Assembly: GCA_019828565.1 (NCBI GenBank) | Contig: JAHDYR010000005.1 | Location: 1,631,992 to 1,695,991, forward strand | Direction of reading: 5' to 3' | Source of the DNA: Carpediemonas membranifera BICM | Lineage: Eukaryota; Protista; Fornicata | DNA length: 64,000 bases | Shown here: positions 1-9,789 of the stretch, piece after piece | Numbering within the stretch: position 1 is the first letter of the stretch | Layout of the letters: each line of letters opens with the position of its first letter | Translations under genes and position numbers: made by a program | Notes under the pieces: model-generated | Told to the model about the DNA's origin: nothing | What the model saw: only the letters and a program-made list of their open reading frames with translations | Database searches by the model: none

Positions 1-530
1 AGCCAGGCGGCGAATTCCGCCACGACGCCGGTGCGGGCGATGTCGACGACGATGCTATCGGTCGAACGCTCACCTGCGATGTTCCCCAGCGTCCACACGG
101 CCTGCGAGAAAAGCTTCTCAGCCATTATGGTGTCCTCCATCGACCGCGCGGACGCAATCTGGCTGCAGAGGAGGGGCACGAGGCCGCGCTCGATCACAAC
201 GGGCGTCTGGTTCCCCGAGGCGACGTTTGTGATGATCCACGAGGCCTCGAAGATGTGATTCGGTGTCGCATAGGCGCGGTCGTTGATGAATTCGGGCGAT
301 TCGGGGTCCGTGAGCATGAATGGGAGCGTGATATCGATGATTGTGTTCGCCTGGTCTGCCTCGAGCTCGATCACGCTCTTCTGTGTGAAGAAACTGCGGA
401 GTGAGGTGAGATTCTTGAGCGTCTCGTCAGGCGTGTGGCTGTGGAAGTCAAGCAGCTCACAGATGACGCCATCCATTTCGCTTAGTCCATTGTGCACCTT
501 GCTTTCCAGCTTCTTCGCCCCAGAAGGCAT
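1..530 (-). CDS. Importin-alpha-like ARM-repeat protein, copy 1 (5' part only, runs off the window edge)
   Basis: Reverse complement of 9260-9789 with no difference in the stretches compared. ATG at 530. The ORF-track antisense peptides at 283-534 and 9256-9507 are identical. Confidence 0.9.
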   Translation of the reverse strand, partial: MPSGAKKLESKVHNGLSEMDGVICELLDFHSHTPDETLKNLTSLRSFFTQKSVIELEADQANTIIDITLPFMLTDPESPEFINDRAYATPNHIFEASWIITNVASGNQTPVVIERGLVPLLCSQIASARSMEDTIMAEKLFSQAVWTLGNIAGERSTDSIVVDIARTGVVAEFAAW

Positions 531-580
531 GTGATAGACTGGCGTTAAAGTGCGGCGTTGAATGCAGCATGGTCTTTACC
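1..580. repeat. Inverted segmental duplication, arm 1 (pairs with 9162-9789)
   Basis: 1-559 matches revcomp 9231-9789 and 560-580 matches revcomp 9162-9182. Arm 2 carries 48 extra bp (9183-9230). Confidence 0.95.
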
Positions 581-2120
581 AATATAACGAGGCATACTTA
601 GAAACGGTCTTCTCCTCCGCGACGATACAAGGCAGTGTCTGGATACACTCTTGGATAGGACGCACAATCGGCACCATGGATGCGCATGTAGTAGGGTGAG
701 CAACACCCACTGCTGGATGGCTTGTGTCGCCTGAGACCACAACCCCGTCTTCCTTCCTTCCCTGGTAAAACAAAGCCCCGATTCCTGGGATACGGAAAAT
801 ATTCTCTATATGACCAGCCTTCACTGGAATCCAGGAGCTGACCACCTCGCCCATCTCGCCCCGGGTCGGCTTGACCCCCAGCTGACCTGTGGGGTTGTAA
901 CCGCGACAGTACCACACCCCTGCCCCGTCAGGACCATCGCCCCGCTGGATAAAGACAGACATGTTCCCCAATATCAGCCGGCTGATTGGCCAGGTCGCTG
1001 TGATAGGCTGGGGGTGGGTCAGGGTCTCGCTGTCGAAAGGGAAGGGGCGGGTGCGGTTGTCGCCAGCACACAGGAGAGTGCCCGCGGTCGACCGGAACAC
1101 AGTGATGTTACGGGAAATAATCACGTCATAAACGGGGAAGGGGAGGCGGGTTGGGCCGTCGATCTTGCTCGCATGACCCACGCCAAGGCGACCGAAGCTA
1201 TTTTCCCCAGCGGCATAGCAGACACCGTCGCCGATAAAGAAGGATGCCAGCGGCCCGCCCTTAATTCGACTCGGGTTGAAGTTTGAGTGGAATTTGATTG
1301 GTGTGAATGAAGTCAAATTTGGAGATGTCGAATCTACTCCCAGACAGCCGTGTCGGTTGTCACCAGCAGCAAGGATGGATCTCTTTCCCTCAGATTCCAC
1401 TGCTAGATACACTCGACCGTCGATCCCAATAATTTTTTGGACACCAGTGACATTAACCTTGACAAATCCCGTCCGAGGGTTAGTATCTCCCACACCGAGC
1501 TGACCCTTGGTGTTATCTCCAGATATAAACCACGCCCGCTGCCACTGACAGAATACTACTGTGAGACCAGGGAAGAAGGAGACTCTACTGACCTCCCCCG
1601 GGATAGGGACCACGTGGGGCGTGTTGAGTATGCATTGGCGGCGGTCTATACCAAGCTGCCCGACTTGGTTCACACCAAACACGGCGATTGAGTTTGTGTG
1701 CCGGGTGGAGAGGAGGGGAGCACCGAAACAGCCCCGGCCCACATATATGGAGGCGATGGCTGGCATTGGGACCCACTGAGGGCTGTCAGTGTGAACCTTT
1801 GTACACTTGTACCCGAGCTGCCCGGAGACGTTGAGGCCATATGTGAAGAGACGGCGCTCGAAAAGCACGTAGCTAGTGCCACGGCTTCTAAGCGGTTCTT
1901 GGCTCTGAAAAGAGATAAACACCTCGGTAAAACGCTGACAAATAAACCAGTTGGCTTTTTTTTGAATTGGACGTGCGTGTAAGAGAATGGCGGCTATGCA
2001 GCTTGAAGGGAGGGTATACAAGGTTGCAGGAAGCTCACTAAACACAATATCGAGATGTAATGAGCGTTCATAGATGGGCTGATAGGTTGATTGTCCCCGG
2101 TGTTTCCTGGAACCTCTCAT
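576..2120 (-). CDS. F-box-like + RCC1-repeat beta-propeller protein (family member E, least degenerate)
   Basis: Several RCC1 repeats (GLNVSGQLG, GVNQVGQLG, GDNTKGQLG, GDNRHGCLG, GENSFGRLG, GYNPTGQLG). N-terminal LYTLPSSCIAAILLHARPIQKKANWFICQRF has F-box spacing. Confidence 0.85.
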   Translation of the reverse strand: MRGSRKHRGQSTYQPIYERSLHLDIVFSELPATLYTLPSSCIAAILLHARPIQKKANWFICQRFTEVFISFQSQEPLRSRGTSYVLFERRLFTYGLNVSGQLGYKCTKVHTDSPQWVPMPAIASIYVGRGCFGAPLLSTRHTNSIAVFGVNQVGQLGIDRRQCILNTPHVVPIPGEVSRVSFFPGLTVVFCQWQRAWFISGDNTKGQLGVGDTNPRTGFVKVNVTGVQKIIGIDGRVYLAVESEGKRSILAAGDNRHGCLGVDSTSPNLTSFTPIKFHSNFNPSRIKGGPLASFFIGDGVCYAAGENSFGRLGVGHASKIDGPTRLPFPVYDVIISRNITVFRSTAGTLLCAGDNRTRPFPFDSETLTHPQPITATWPISRLILGNMSVFIQRGDGPDGAGVWYCRGYNPTGQLGVKPTRGEMGEVVSSWIPVKAGHIENIFRIPGIGALFYQGRKEDGVVVSGDTSHPAVGVAHPTTCASMVPIVRPIQECIQTLPCIVAEEKTVSKYASLYW

Positions 2121-2432
2121 ACTGGCGATTGTTGGTATTAAACTGCCCGTTGCACCAAGCTGGACTACGAGGCCGGCCCACGGCTTGACAGCGCAGGGAA
2201 TTCACTGCATCAGAGTCTCTGAGTCCAATTCCAGGCATTTGCATTCTTCCACTGACAGAGTCAATTTGTACCAAATTGCCGCTTGACCACTGGAGAATGG
2301 GACGGCCGACGGTTCTGGCCATGACACTTGACTTAAACAGGCACGCTGGGAGGATCACAGAGATCCGATCCGATCATCGGATCCGAATTCTGCGGCAGTA
2401 AGGTCGCGTCGACAACCTGTGCGAGAAGAAGA

Positions 2433-4118
2433 ATGCACATGCCTGTTCAAACAACAGATTCTAGTTATCAAGAGGCAAATATGATTGGTGCATACGGTTT
2501 AGCCACCGTTCTTACCGCCAATGTGTCAGGAGACGTCCCAAGCTTGCTCAAGCATGCATTCCAACACCAATTTGTCAAAGAGATGCCAGAGATGCCAGCT
2601 AGTGACCGTAAGACGGCACTGAATGGTGGAAAGACGGTCTCTGTTTTGGTCACCATGCTTGAAGCGATGACCAGCTTTAAACCACGCGCCCAAGCGCTAG
2701 TCGACCGTGCCCGCTCCATCCTAACTGACGGCCCCCCGCTCAGCATGAACGTCGAGCTCGCTTCTGGACAGGAACTTCCAGATCAGCTTCATACGCTTCT
2801 CCAGGGAACAGTGTGGGCGACGCTTCTGGACGCCGGGGCTGACCCGGATCTGACTGACCAATGGCCGGAGGTCAGAGAGCACCATGAGTATGATAAGAAC
2901 GTATTTTACCCAAACACCGAAGAGAGCGCGCGGTACACTGCCGAGAGCAAGTGTCTCTGGTTCCTCTGCAGGAAGTTCTTCTTCTCGCACCAGGTTGCCG
3001 AGAAGAACGGCAAGACTGTAGTATCTCAGGCGAACGGCGAGATCCATGCCCACCGACTTTACCACGGCCGTCTTTTTGAACTCATCATCCGATCGGACGT
3101 CAACATCCCCAAGTACACGCAGCTTCGGGTTCCACCCATCGTCAAGGCCTTCGGGATGGGTAGCTGCACCCTGGTCATGGCCACCGCAGCGGGGCCATAT
3201 GCCCTTGACCGGGACGATAGCCACAACTTCGATGAGACCCACCTCAATGACTTCGCCACGGTTCCCACATTGCTGACGTTCCCCAAGTGTCCAGATGTTG
3301 TCAAGCTCGAGAGCAGCCTCCCTATCTGGCACAAGGACGGCATCGTCCAAGGTGTCTTCAGGGGCGATGAGATCATCATCGTTCTCACTCCAGTCGGGGC
3401 TGTGGCAGCGGGACCTTTGTGTGCGACCCTGATCGGCCCAGACATCACCGACGACCTCATAAGATTCCACCCATTGCCTCTGCCCCGCGAATTCATCCCC
3501 GACTCATGCTTGTTAAGTGGCCCCACCATCGTCTTCAGCTGTGGGTCACAGCAAATGATTGGTGGAATGAACTTCTTCGGCCAGTTGGGTCTGGGGCACC
3601 AGAGAAATGTTGTCGGGCTCGTACCCCTACCCTTCCATGTCGATGCCATCTTCAGTAATCTTCACTTCACCCTCTTCCATGATGGGGAGGATGTCAGGTT
3701 CGCTGGCAGTGTTCCACCGCATCTAGCCCGCATAGGTCTGCTCCCTGACTATACTGCCGGCGACATCTGCCCGCTAGCTACCCTTGCATTCCAAGGACAG
3801 CCGGACCGTTTCTTCTGCACCTTCTCCGCAGCCATGTGCATCTACCCCGAGGAGACTAGGATAACGGTCACAATCCCGCACGAGGCTGACAGTGACACGC
3901 CCCCGACCCTTTGCCGGACGATACCCCACGCTGCTGTCGCACTCAGACATAGCGAAGTCCTTGACGACCGAGCAGTTTATGTCCAGTTGAGTTCTGGAGG
4001 ATGGGTAACAGTATCGATGGATACGCCTGATGAGCCTGTTGTTGAGGTACAGGATCCTGGTGCGGGAGAGGATTATCAGTTCCTGCTTGCCGAATTGGTG
4101 TCGTTTCCAGTGCTATAA
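2433..4118 (+). CDS. Lineage-expanded F-box-like/degenerate RCC1 protein (member A)
   Basis: 561-aa ORF. Shares GDVPSLL, GPPLSMNVEL, HTLLQGTVW, GADPDL, LWFLCRKFFFSHQVAE, LPxWHKD, LTPVG and GMNFFGQLGLGH with members B-D. Confidence 0.85.
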   Translation: MHMPVQTTDSSYQEANMIGAYGLATVLTANVSGDVPSLLKHAFQHQFVKEMPEMPASDRKTALNGGKTVSVLVTMLEAMTSFKPRAQALVDRARSILTDGPPLSMNVELASGQELPDQLHTLLQGTVWATLLDAGADPDLTDQWPEVREHHEYDKNVFYPNTEESARYTAESKCLWFLCRKFFFSHQVAEKNGKTVVSQANGEIHAHRLYHGRLFELIIRSDVNIPKYTQLRVPPIVKAFGMGSCTLVMATAAGPYALDRDDSHNFDETHLNDFATVPTLLTFPKCPDVVKLESSLPIWHKDGIVQGVFRGDEIIIVLTPVGAVAAGPLCATLIGPDITDDLIRFHPLPLPREFIPDSCLLSGPTIVFSCGSQQMIGGMNFFGQLGLGHQRNVVGLVPLPFHVDAIFSNLHFTLFHDGEDVRFAGSVPPHLARIGLLPDYTAGDICPLATLAFQGQPDRFFCTFSAAMCIYPEETRITVTIPHEADSDTPPTLCRTIPHAAVALRHSEVLDDRAVYVQLSSGGWVTVSMDTPDEPVVEVQDPGAGEDYQFLLAELVSFPVL

Positions 4119-4185
4119 ATCGCAGTTTTCGGCAGAGTCGTGTGACGGTGCTAACACAAACTTTACCAAACAATGAACGAAAGAA

Positions 4186-6033
4186 CTACACCTGGCTGAC
4201 ATCCTCGACCTCTGCAGCGTCGGCACCAACAATACAGTCCACCTCTAGGCCGAGTCCCGTCATCTCTGCTGACATGCGCTCCTTAGCAACCATACGATGG
4301 TGTTCCCTTGCCCGTTTCCATAGTCTCCAAATGGCGAAGAAGCTGAGCAACAACGTGACCATCGCAGAAGTTGTATCAGAGACAGGTGTGGCTGCCATCA
4401 CCGCGTCAGGGCTACGGAACACCAGCCCGAATATGACTACGAGCGGCACTGCCAGCACGAGTTGCCGTAGGAACATTGAAATCATGCCGAGTAGGGGCAA
4501 TTTGATCGCCATAAATGTCATGCCGACAGGCATCTGGAAACCGATAAGGAAGAATGTAAGGCACATAATCCGGGCAAATGTCGACCCCACGTCGATAGTA
4601 TGCTGGTTGGTGGTGAAGACACGAAGATAGACCTCGGGCAGGGCCTGGAGGAAAAGCCACCCGCCGATGCCGAACACCATGCCGGCAGCCAGGGAAAAGA
4701 GGATGGCATGGACAAGGCGACGATACATGTGTGCGCCGTAGTGGAAGCCGATGATGGGCATCTGTCCACCTGCCAGAGCCATCATGGGGACGAAGATCAG
4801 CATGAAGGAACGGGATACGATTTGCATGGCGGCAATGTAGCTGGAGCGGTCGGATTCGGAGACGATCTCAGCAAAAACGAGATTCGTGGCAAAAGATTTG
4901 ATACTGCCTCCGATTCGCTGAACAAATATTGCGAAGCCGACCATTAAAACATTCAGCATGATCTTGGGATTTGGTCTAAAACCGCTGGCCTTGATACGGA
5001 CACCGGACTTTGAGAAAAACGTGTAGTAAGTGAGAATGATGACGGCGGGAACGACTTGAGCGAGGACGGTGGCGATGGCACAGCCTGTGGTGCCCATGTC
5101 GAAGCCAACGATGAGGATCATGTCAAATGATACGTTGATCACGGCGCTGAGCGACATGCTGAGCATCGACGCGATGGGACGACCGTCGGCTCTCAGCGTG
5201 TTGTTAAGGCAGACGTAGGTGACCTGAAGAATGGCGCTGGGGACAAGAATACGTCCGTACGGCAGCGCATGGTCCATGATGGCGTCGTTGGACCCTGAGA
5301 GCTTGAAGAATGACTCGAGGAAGAAGTAGAATATGAGCGGGTACAGGAGGCTGATGAGACAGGCAAGAATAATGGTGTTGCCGATGACAGTGGCGACCCT
5401 GTGGTGATCAGACGCGCCTAGGGCCTGGCTTACCCCCGCGTTGAGACCCATTCCCAACCCTGTTGCCAACCCACCGACCATTGTTTCGAGCGGGTAGAAG
5501 ATACCAATGGCTGCCATCGCGTCGTCACCTCCGCTCGAGGCATGGCCGACGATGGCCATGTCTAGAACACTGTACCCCATCTGAACGAAGAGCCCGAGTG
5601 CTGCGGGTACACAGAACTGGGTGAACAAGAGCCATATGGGGCGGGTGGCCATGAACCTATGGGCGTCACGGTGGCCGGGCTTGGAGGGTGGTACCGGGGT
5701 CTCGTCCTTGGTATCGCTGTCAGTAGGAGAGGAAACAGACGCCACGGGGCTCTCCTGCTCGTCCTCTGGGTTCAGCGGCGAGAGGGGTGTTTCGGCCGTC
5801 TCGAAGGCCACAGATGGGGAATAGTCGCAATCATTGACAGTGTCGTCGACGATGGGATCAGAATCAACGCCGTAATCGACTGAGCGTCCAGAGTCAAATG
5901 AATAATCGCCATCGTCCTCGATTGCTGCCTCCTCAATTGGCAACGGAGGCGAACTTGCAGCAAAGGGCTCTATTTGGGCATCATCAACCACCGTGACCCA
6001 GTTGGTCTCGGAATCACTTGCAGAGCCAGACAT
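4186..6033 (-). CDS. MATE efflux transporter (MepA-like) with acidic N-terminal extension
   Basis: About 12 hydrophobic segments. Motifs LFTQFCVPAALGLFVQMGYSVLDMAIVGH, LRADGRP, GCAIATVLAQ, PIIGFHYGA. Start placed at ATG 6033 (MSGSASDSE). Confidence 0.9.
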   Translation of the reverse strand: MSGSASDSETNWVTVVDDAQIEPFAASSPPLPIEEAAIEDDGDYSFDSGRSVDYGVDSDPIVDDTVNDCDYSPSVAFETAETPLSPLNPEDEQESPVASVSSPTDSDTKDETPVPPSKPGHRDAHRFMATRPIWLLFTQFCVPAALGLFVQMGYSVLDMAIVGHASSGGDDAMAAIGIFYPLETMVGGLATGLGMGLNAGVSQALGASDHHRVATVIGNTIILACLISLLYPLIFYFFLESFFKLSGSNDAIMDHALPYGRILVPSAILQVTYVCLNNTLRADGRPIASMLSMSLSAVINVSFDMILIVGFDMGTTGCAIATVLAQVVPAVIILTYYTFFSKSGVRIKASGFRPNPKIMLNVLMVGFAIFVQRIGGSIKSFATNLVFAEIVSESDRSSYIAAMQIVSRSFMLIFVPMMALAGGQMPIIGFHYGAHMYRRLVHAILFSLAAGMVFGIGGWLFLQALPEVYLRVFTTNQHTIDVGSTFARIMCLTFFLIGFQMPVGMTFMAIKLPLLGMISMFLRQLVLAVPLVVIFGLVFRSPDAVMAATPVSDTTSAMVTLLLSFFAIWRLWKRAREHHRMVAKERMSAEMTGLGLEVDCIVGADAAEVEDVSQV

Positions 6034-6210
6034 TTTCTTACAGATGGGATGCTCGCAGAATTTCCACCGTAGTGTGAAAACCGAGAACATGTGATATCCA
6101 CGTCCTAGGGGCTCCTCAAGCCTCCTATGGTGGTAGTTTTCGCCGCTTGTCATGGATTTGGGTTCTGCCAGATTTGCGCAATAGAACAGCCGACGACCCG
6201 TCTTCGAGCC

Positions 6211-9027
6211 ATGAATTCGGCGATTGAAGGCACTACTGGTGCCATTCCACACAAAAAGGGGCTTGAAAGTCCATTGCAGCACTCAGACGCCTTCTTCGAA
6301 GTTAATACCCCGGATATTGTCGATCAGCTCTCAAATACCCTCTCGCAGTTCGAAGACGCCGCTAAGGATGCGCCACCCGATCTTTTCTCCGATGAAGACC
6401 GCGATCCGCAAGGGGAACCCGACAGCAGGCCCCTTGAAAGCATTGCGATGCGCGCTCTCGATGCCGACAGCGGTGAAAGTGAAGAAAGCGATGCCGATCA
6501 GAGCATCGGCTCAATAGACGAGCCAGAGGACGATGATGCAGCAACCCCAGAGCCTGATACGATCGACGATTTCGTGGAAGACGAGCCCGCTCTGGCCAGC
6601 GGCATCGAGGCCTCGTCCCCACTCGCTCTCAGCCACGTCAACAGTGTTGATGACATCAGCATGGAGTATTCGTCCTCTTCGGCCTCTCTCACCCTCGCCA
6701 CCTCGTCTGACCCGACCCCCGAGCCCGGGCCTTCCCCTGAGACTGTGGCGCCGCATGACGAGGACAGCGCCACCCCACCCCACACGGTGCCCCAGTCTGC
6801 TGCTGTCCGGTCGAGCCCCTTGGCGACCTCTTCGCCTTCACACCACCTGAGTAGGGCAATCTCAGTCGACGACGACGCGGAGGTAGATTCATACGCCAAC
6901 TCAGAGGTCTCAGAGTCCGTCTCAGTGCCGCCCGACCCCATCGGCGACCGGTCTATGGTCGGGTTAATCTGCGGGCTAATGGTGGAGGCCTTCTTTCTCC
7001 AGGGCGTGCTCCACCTGCCTCTGGGCGATCTCAGGGCAGAGCTGGACATGGAGGGCGTCCCCCTGCCTGACTTCGACATCTCGGAGTTCTCATCTGATGA
7101 GCTGGCTGACTCCATTCTTGACTCTGACGTCGTGTTGCTTCCCGACCACATCCACACACTATACATCGCAGTGTGTCGGCTTAGAGAGCAGCTGGACATC
7201 CATAGACACGATCTCGAGAGGCGACACATGGAGACTACTGTTGATACAATCAAATACGGCCGGATAATGGTCGCCCCTCAGCACGCCGCCCAGCTGCTCA
7301 AGGACCTGGCGAGAGCTACTGTTGTCGAATTCACCTCCGTCTGCTCCTGGGAGGCGTCGTACGACCGTCCGCTGCTGCTGCCAGCCCCCCACAACGCCAT
7401 GGCCGACGAGTATGCCGATGACGAGGTCGACAGGGCCAGGGTCCTCGTGCTGCTGCGGCCCATACTGGAGCAGGCGGCCAAGGAGCAGCAGGACCTCTCC
7501 CAGTGGGTCGAGGACACGCTGCTGTCGATGACCAGGGGCGGCGGGCTCGACCCCTCCGCCTCTGACCCGCCAGTCCCCTTTGACGGCAGAGAGCTCGGTC
7601 TCATCGCCCAGGCGCACGCTCCACTCGTGGTTGACCTGGAGGCCGTGCACGACGCCCTGCGGACGTTGGCAGACCAGTACGAGGTCAAGCTCCGTGAGGC
7701 GGGTCTGTTGAACGACGACGAGGCCATCGAGGGCCTGGCCGCCAAACCCGAGACCATTGAGGACATCCTGACGCTGCACCTGCAGGACCTGACGCTGGAG
7801 ACGCCCCAAGTACCAGTTCCAACGTTCGGACTGCCCAGCGAGACGGCCCTCGAGATCTGCTTCCTCGGCCAGGACCCACCATCGAGCTACGACGCTGAGC
7901 CCCTCAATCGGAGGCGACCCAAGTTCCAAACCCCGAATTCGATCAAGGCGATGGAGCAGAAGAGGCTGAATCGAATGGTACTACAAGCAATGAGGGGCAG
8001 GCAGGTTAAGAACGATCCCCTGTACACGATGCGCAGGCCCGAGTACACCACACCGTACGTCGGCACCGGTATTTACAACAAGGACCTCTTCTACTTCCCC
8101 CCCGCCGTCGCATGCGAGGACCCCGACGACACACGCGCCCTCATCGCTGCGGTCAACACCGCCCACGGCGTCGACCTTGGGCTGGGTCGGGAGGAGGCGC
8201 CCGAGGACACAGCGAGGGAGGAGGACGCGATCGCCCAGAGAGAGGCTGAGGTCCAGCAGCGGACAACTCGGCTCAGGGCGGCTGTCGGGGGAAGGACCCC
8301 GTTCGTGCAGAGAAGAACGCAGTCATCGCTCGCCATCATGGGCCCTAAGGCCGCCGCCTCGCTCAGGAGGTCCAAGATGGCTGAGACAAAGCACTCGCTT
8401 CGTCTCCACGTGGGCCTGTCCGCCGAGCGCGAGGCCCGTGACGCCGTCAGTGAGGTTGTCTCGATGTCCTCGAAGCGAACCCGCTCTGCAATGTCCCTCT
8501 CCAGGTCGGCCCGCACCCACCTCGACCCGAGAGCCGAGGCCATGCTCACGATCGTGGAGAAGCGCAAGCAGATCCAGAGAGAGAAGGCGCGTCGGTTGCT
8601 ACAGAAGGAGCGTGATGCTGGCCGTGCGGCCGAGCTCAAGGATGATGACTCCCCAAGGTCATCCCGGAGTCGCATCCCCTTTGAATCAGCGAGCAAGCTG
8701 AGCCTTATCAGACGCCAGGCCGCCCTGAAGCAGCAGAACTCCACCACTGGTCTCAGGGACCGCATCAGAGACCACAGTGGGTTGGTGCGGCAGTCACAGA
8801 GCAACCAGCACGTCCGTATCCACGAGCCGACACCCGACCTGCAGTTCCAGTACGTCAGACCGCCGTGGTTCGGGGCAGACAAGGGCCACAGGTTCGCGGG
8901 TGAGGCAGCTGAGACGTACAACGTCATCTTGGGGGCGGACACAGCGTATGTGAGGCATGCCCGGTCGAACGAACGGGACTTCATCGAGAGCTACGACTTC
9001 ACAGAGGAGGAGGAGCTCCGGCTGTGA
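6211..9027 (+). CDS. Hypothetical protein (acidic disordered N-terminus, helical middle, basic coiled-coil C-terminus)
   Basis: Uninterrupted ORF of more than 900 codons with host-like C/G-ending codons. No family recognised, start uncertain. Confidence 0.8.
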   Translation: MNSAIEGTTGAIPHKKGLESPLQHSDAFFEVNTPDIVDQLSNTLSQFEDAAKDAPPDLFSDEDRDPQGEPDSRPLESIAMRALDADSGESEESDADQSIGSIDEPEDDDAATPEPDTIDDFVEDEPALASGIEASSPLALSHVNSVDDISMEYSSSSASLTLATSSDPTPEPGPSPETVAPHDEDSATPPHTVPQSAAVRSSPLATSSPSHHLSRAISVDDDAEVDSYANSEVSESVSVPPDPIGDRSMVGLICGLMVEAFFLQGVLHLPLGDLRAELDMEGVPLPDFDISEFSSDELADSILDSDVVLLPDHIHTLYIAVCRLREQLDIHRHDLERRHMETTVDTIKYGRIMVAPQHAAQLLKDLARATVVEFTSVCSWEASYDRPLLLPAPHNAMADEYADDEVDRARVLVLLRPILEQAAKEQQDLSQWVEDTLLSMTRGGGLDPSASDPPVPFDGRELGLIAQAHAPLVVDLEAVHDALRTLADQYEVKLREAGLLNDDEAIEGLAAKPETIEDILTLHLQDLTLETPQVPVPTFGLPSETALEICFLGQDPPSSYDAEPLNRRRPKFQTPNSIKAMEQKRLNRMVLQAMRGRQVKNDPLYTMRRPEYTTPYVGTGIYNKDLFYFPPAVACEDPDDTRALIAAVNTAHGVDLGLGREEAPEDTAREEDAIAQREAEVQQRTTRLRAAVGGRTPFVQRRTQSSLAIMGPKAAASLRRSKMAETKHSLRLHVGLSAEREARDAVSEVVSMSSKRTRSAMSLSRSARTHLDPRAEAMLTIVEKRKQIQREKARRLLQKERDAGRAAELKDDDSPRSSRSRIPFESASKLSLIRRQAALKQQNSTTGLRDRIRDHSGLVRQSQSNQHVRIHEPTPDLQFQYVRPPWFGADKGHRFAGEAAETYNVILGADTAYVRHARSNERDFIESYDFTEEEELRL

Positions 9028-9161
9028 GAGGTGTGCTGTTCCTTGATGGGCCGCAGTTTGCCGAATTGTATCATAAACTAATTGCTGAGAACACCCGTCT
9101 CGCTTGGCAGTGATCGCGGCTGATGGAAATGTCTCGGTACTGCGCTGCGGATTCTTCGATC

Positions 9162-9789
9162 GGTAAAGACCATGCTGCATTCAACGGCCTTGTAGTGGTG
9201 TCAGCCTCCTGTCGCTCGATGAGTAATTCAAACGCCGCACTTTAACGCCAGTCTATCACATGCCTTCTGGGGCGAAGAAGCTGGAAAGCAAGGTGCACAA
9301 TGGACTAAGCGAAATGGATGGCGTCATCTGTGAGCTGCTTGACTTCCACAGCCACACGCCTGACGAGACGCTCAAGAATCTCACCTCACTCCGCAGTTTC
9401 TTCACACAGAAGAGCGTGATCGAGCTCGAGGCAGACCAGGCGAACACAATCATCGATATCACGCTCCCATTCATGCTCACGGACCCCGAATCGCCCGAAT
9501 TCATCAACGACCGCGCCTATGCGACACCGAATCACATCTTCGAGGCCTCGTGGATCATCACAAACGTCGCCTCGGGGAACCAGACGCCCGTTGTGATCGA
9601 GCGCGGCCTCGTGCCCCTCCTCTGCAGCCAGATTGCGTCCGCGCGGTCGATGGAGGACACCATAATGGCTGAGAAGCTTTTCTCGCAGGCCGTGTGGACG
9701 CTGGGGAACATCGCAGGTGAGCGTTCGACCGATAGCATCGTCGTCGACATCGCCCGCACCGGCGTCGTGGCGGAATTCGCCGCCTGGCT
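9162..9789. repeat. Inverted segmental duplication, arm 2 (pairs with 1-580)
   Basis: See arm 1. The true extent beyond 9789 cannot be seen because arm 1 leaves the window. Confidence 0.95.

Noticed and set aside
2362-2388. GATCCGAT-C-ATCGGATC near-palindrome between members E and A
   Set aside because: Short, low complexity and not found upstream of other family members.
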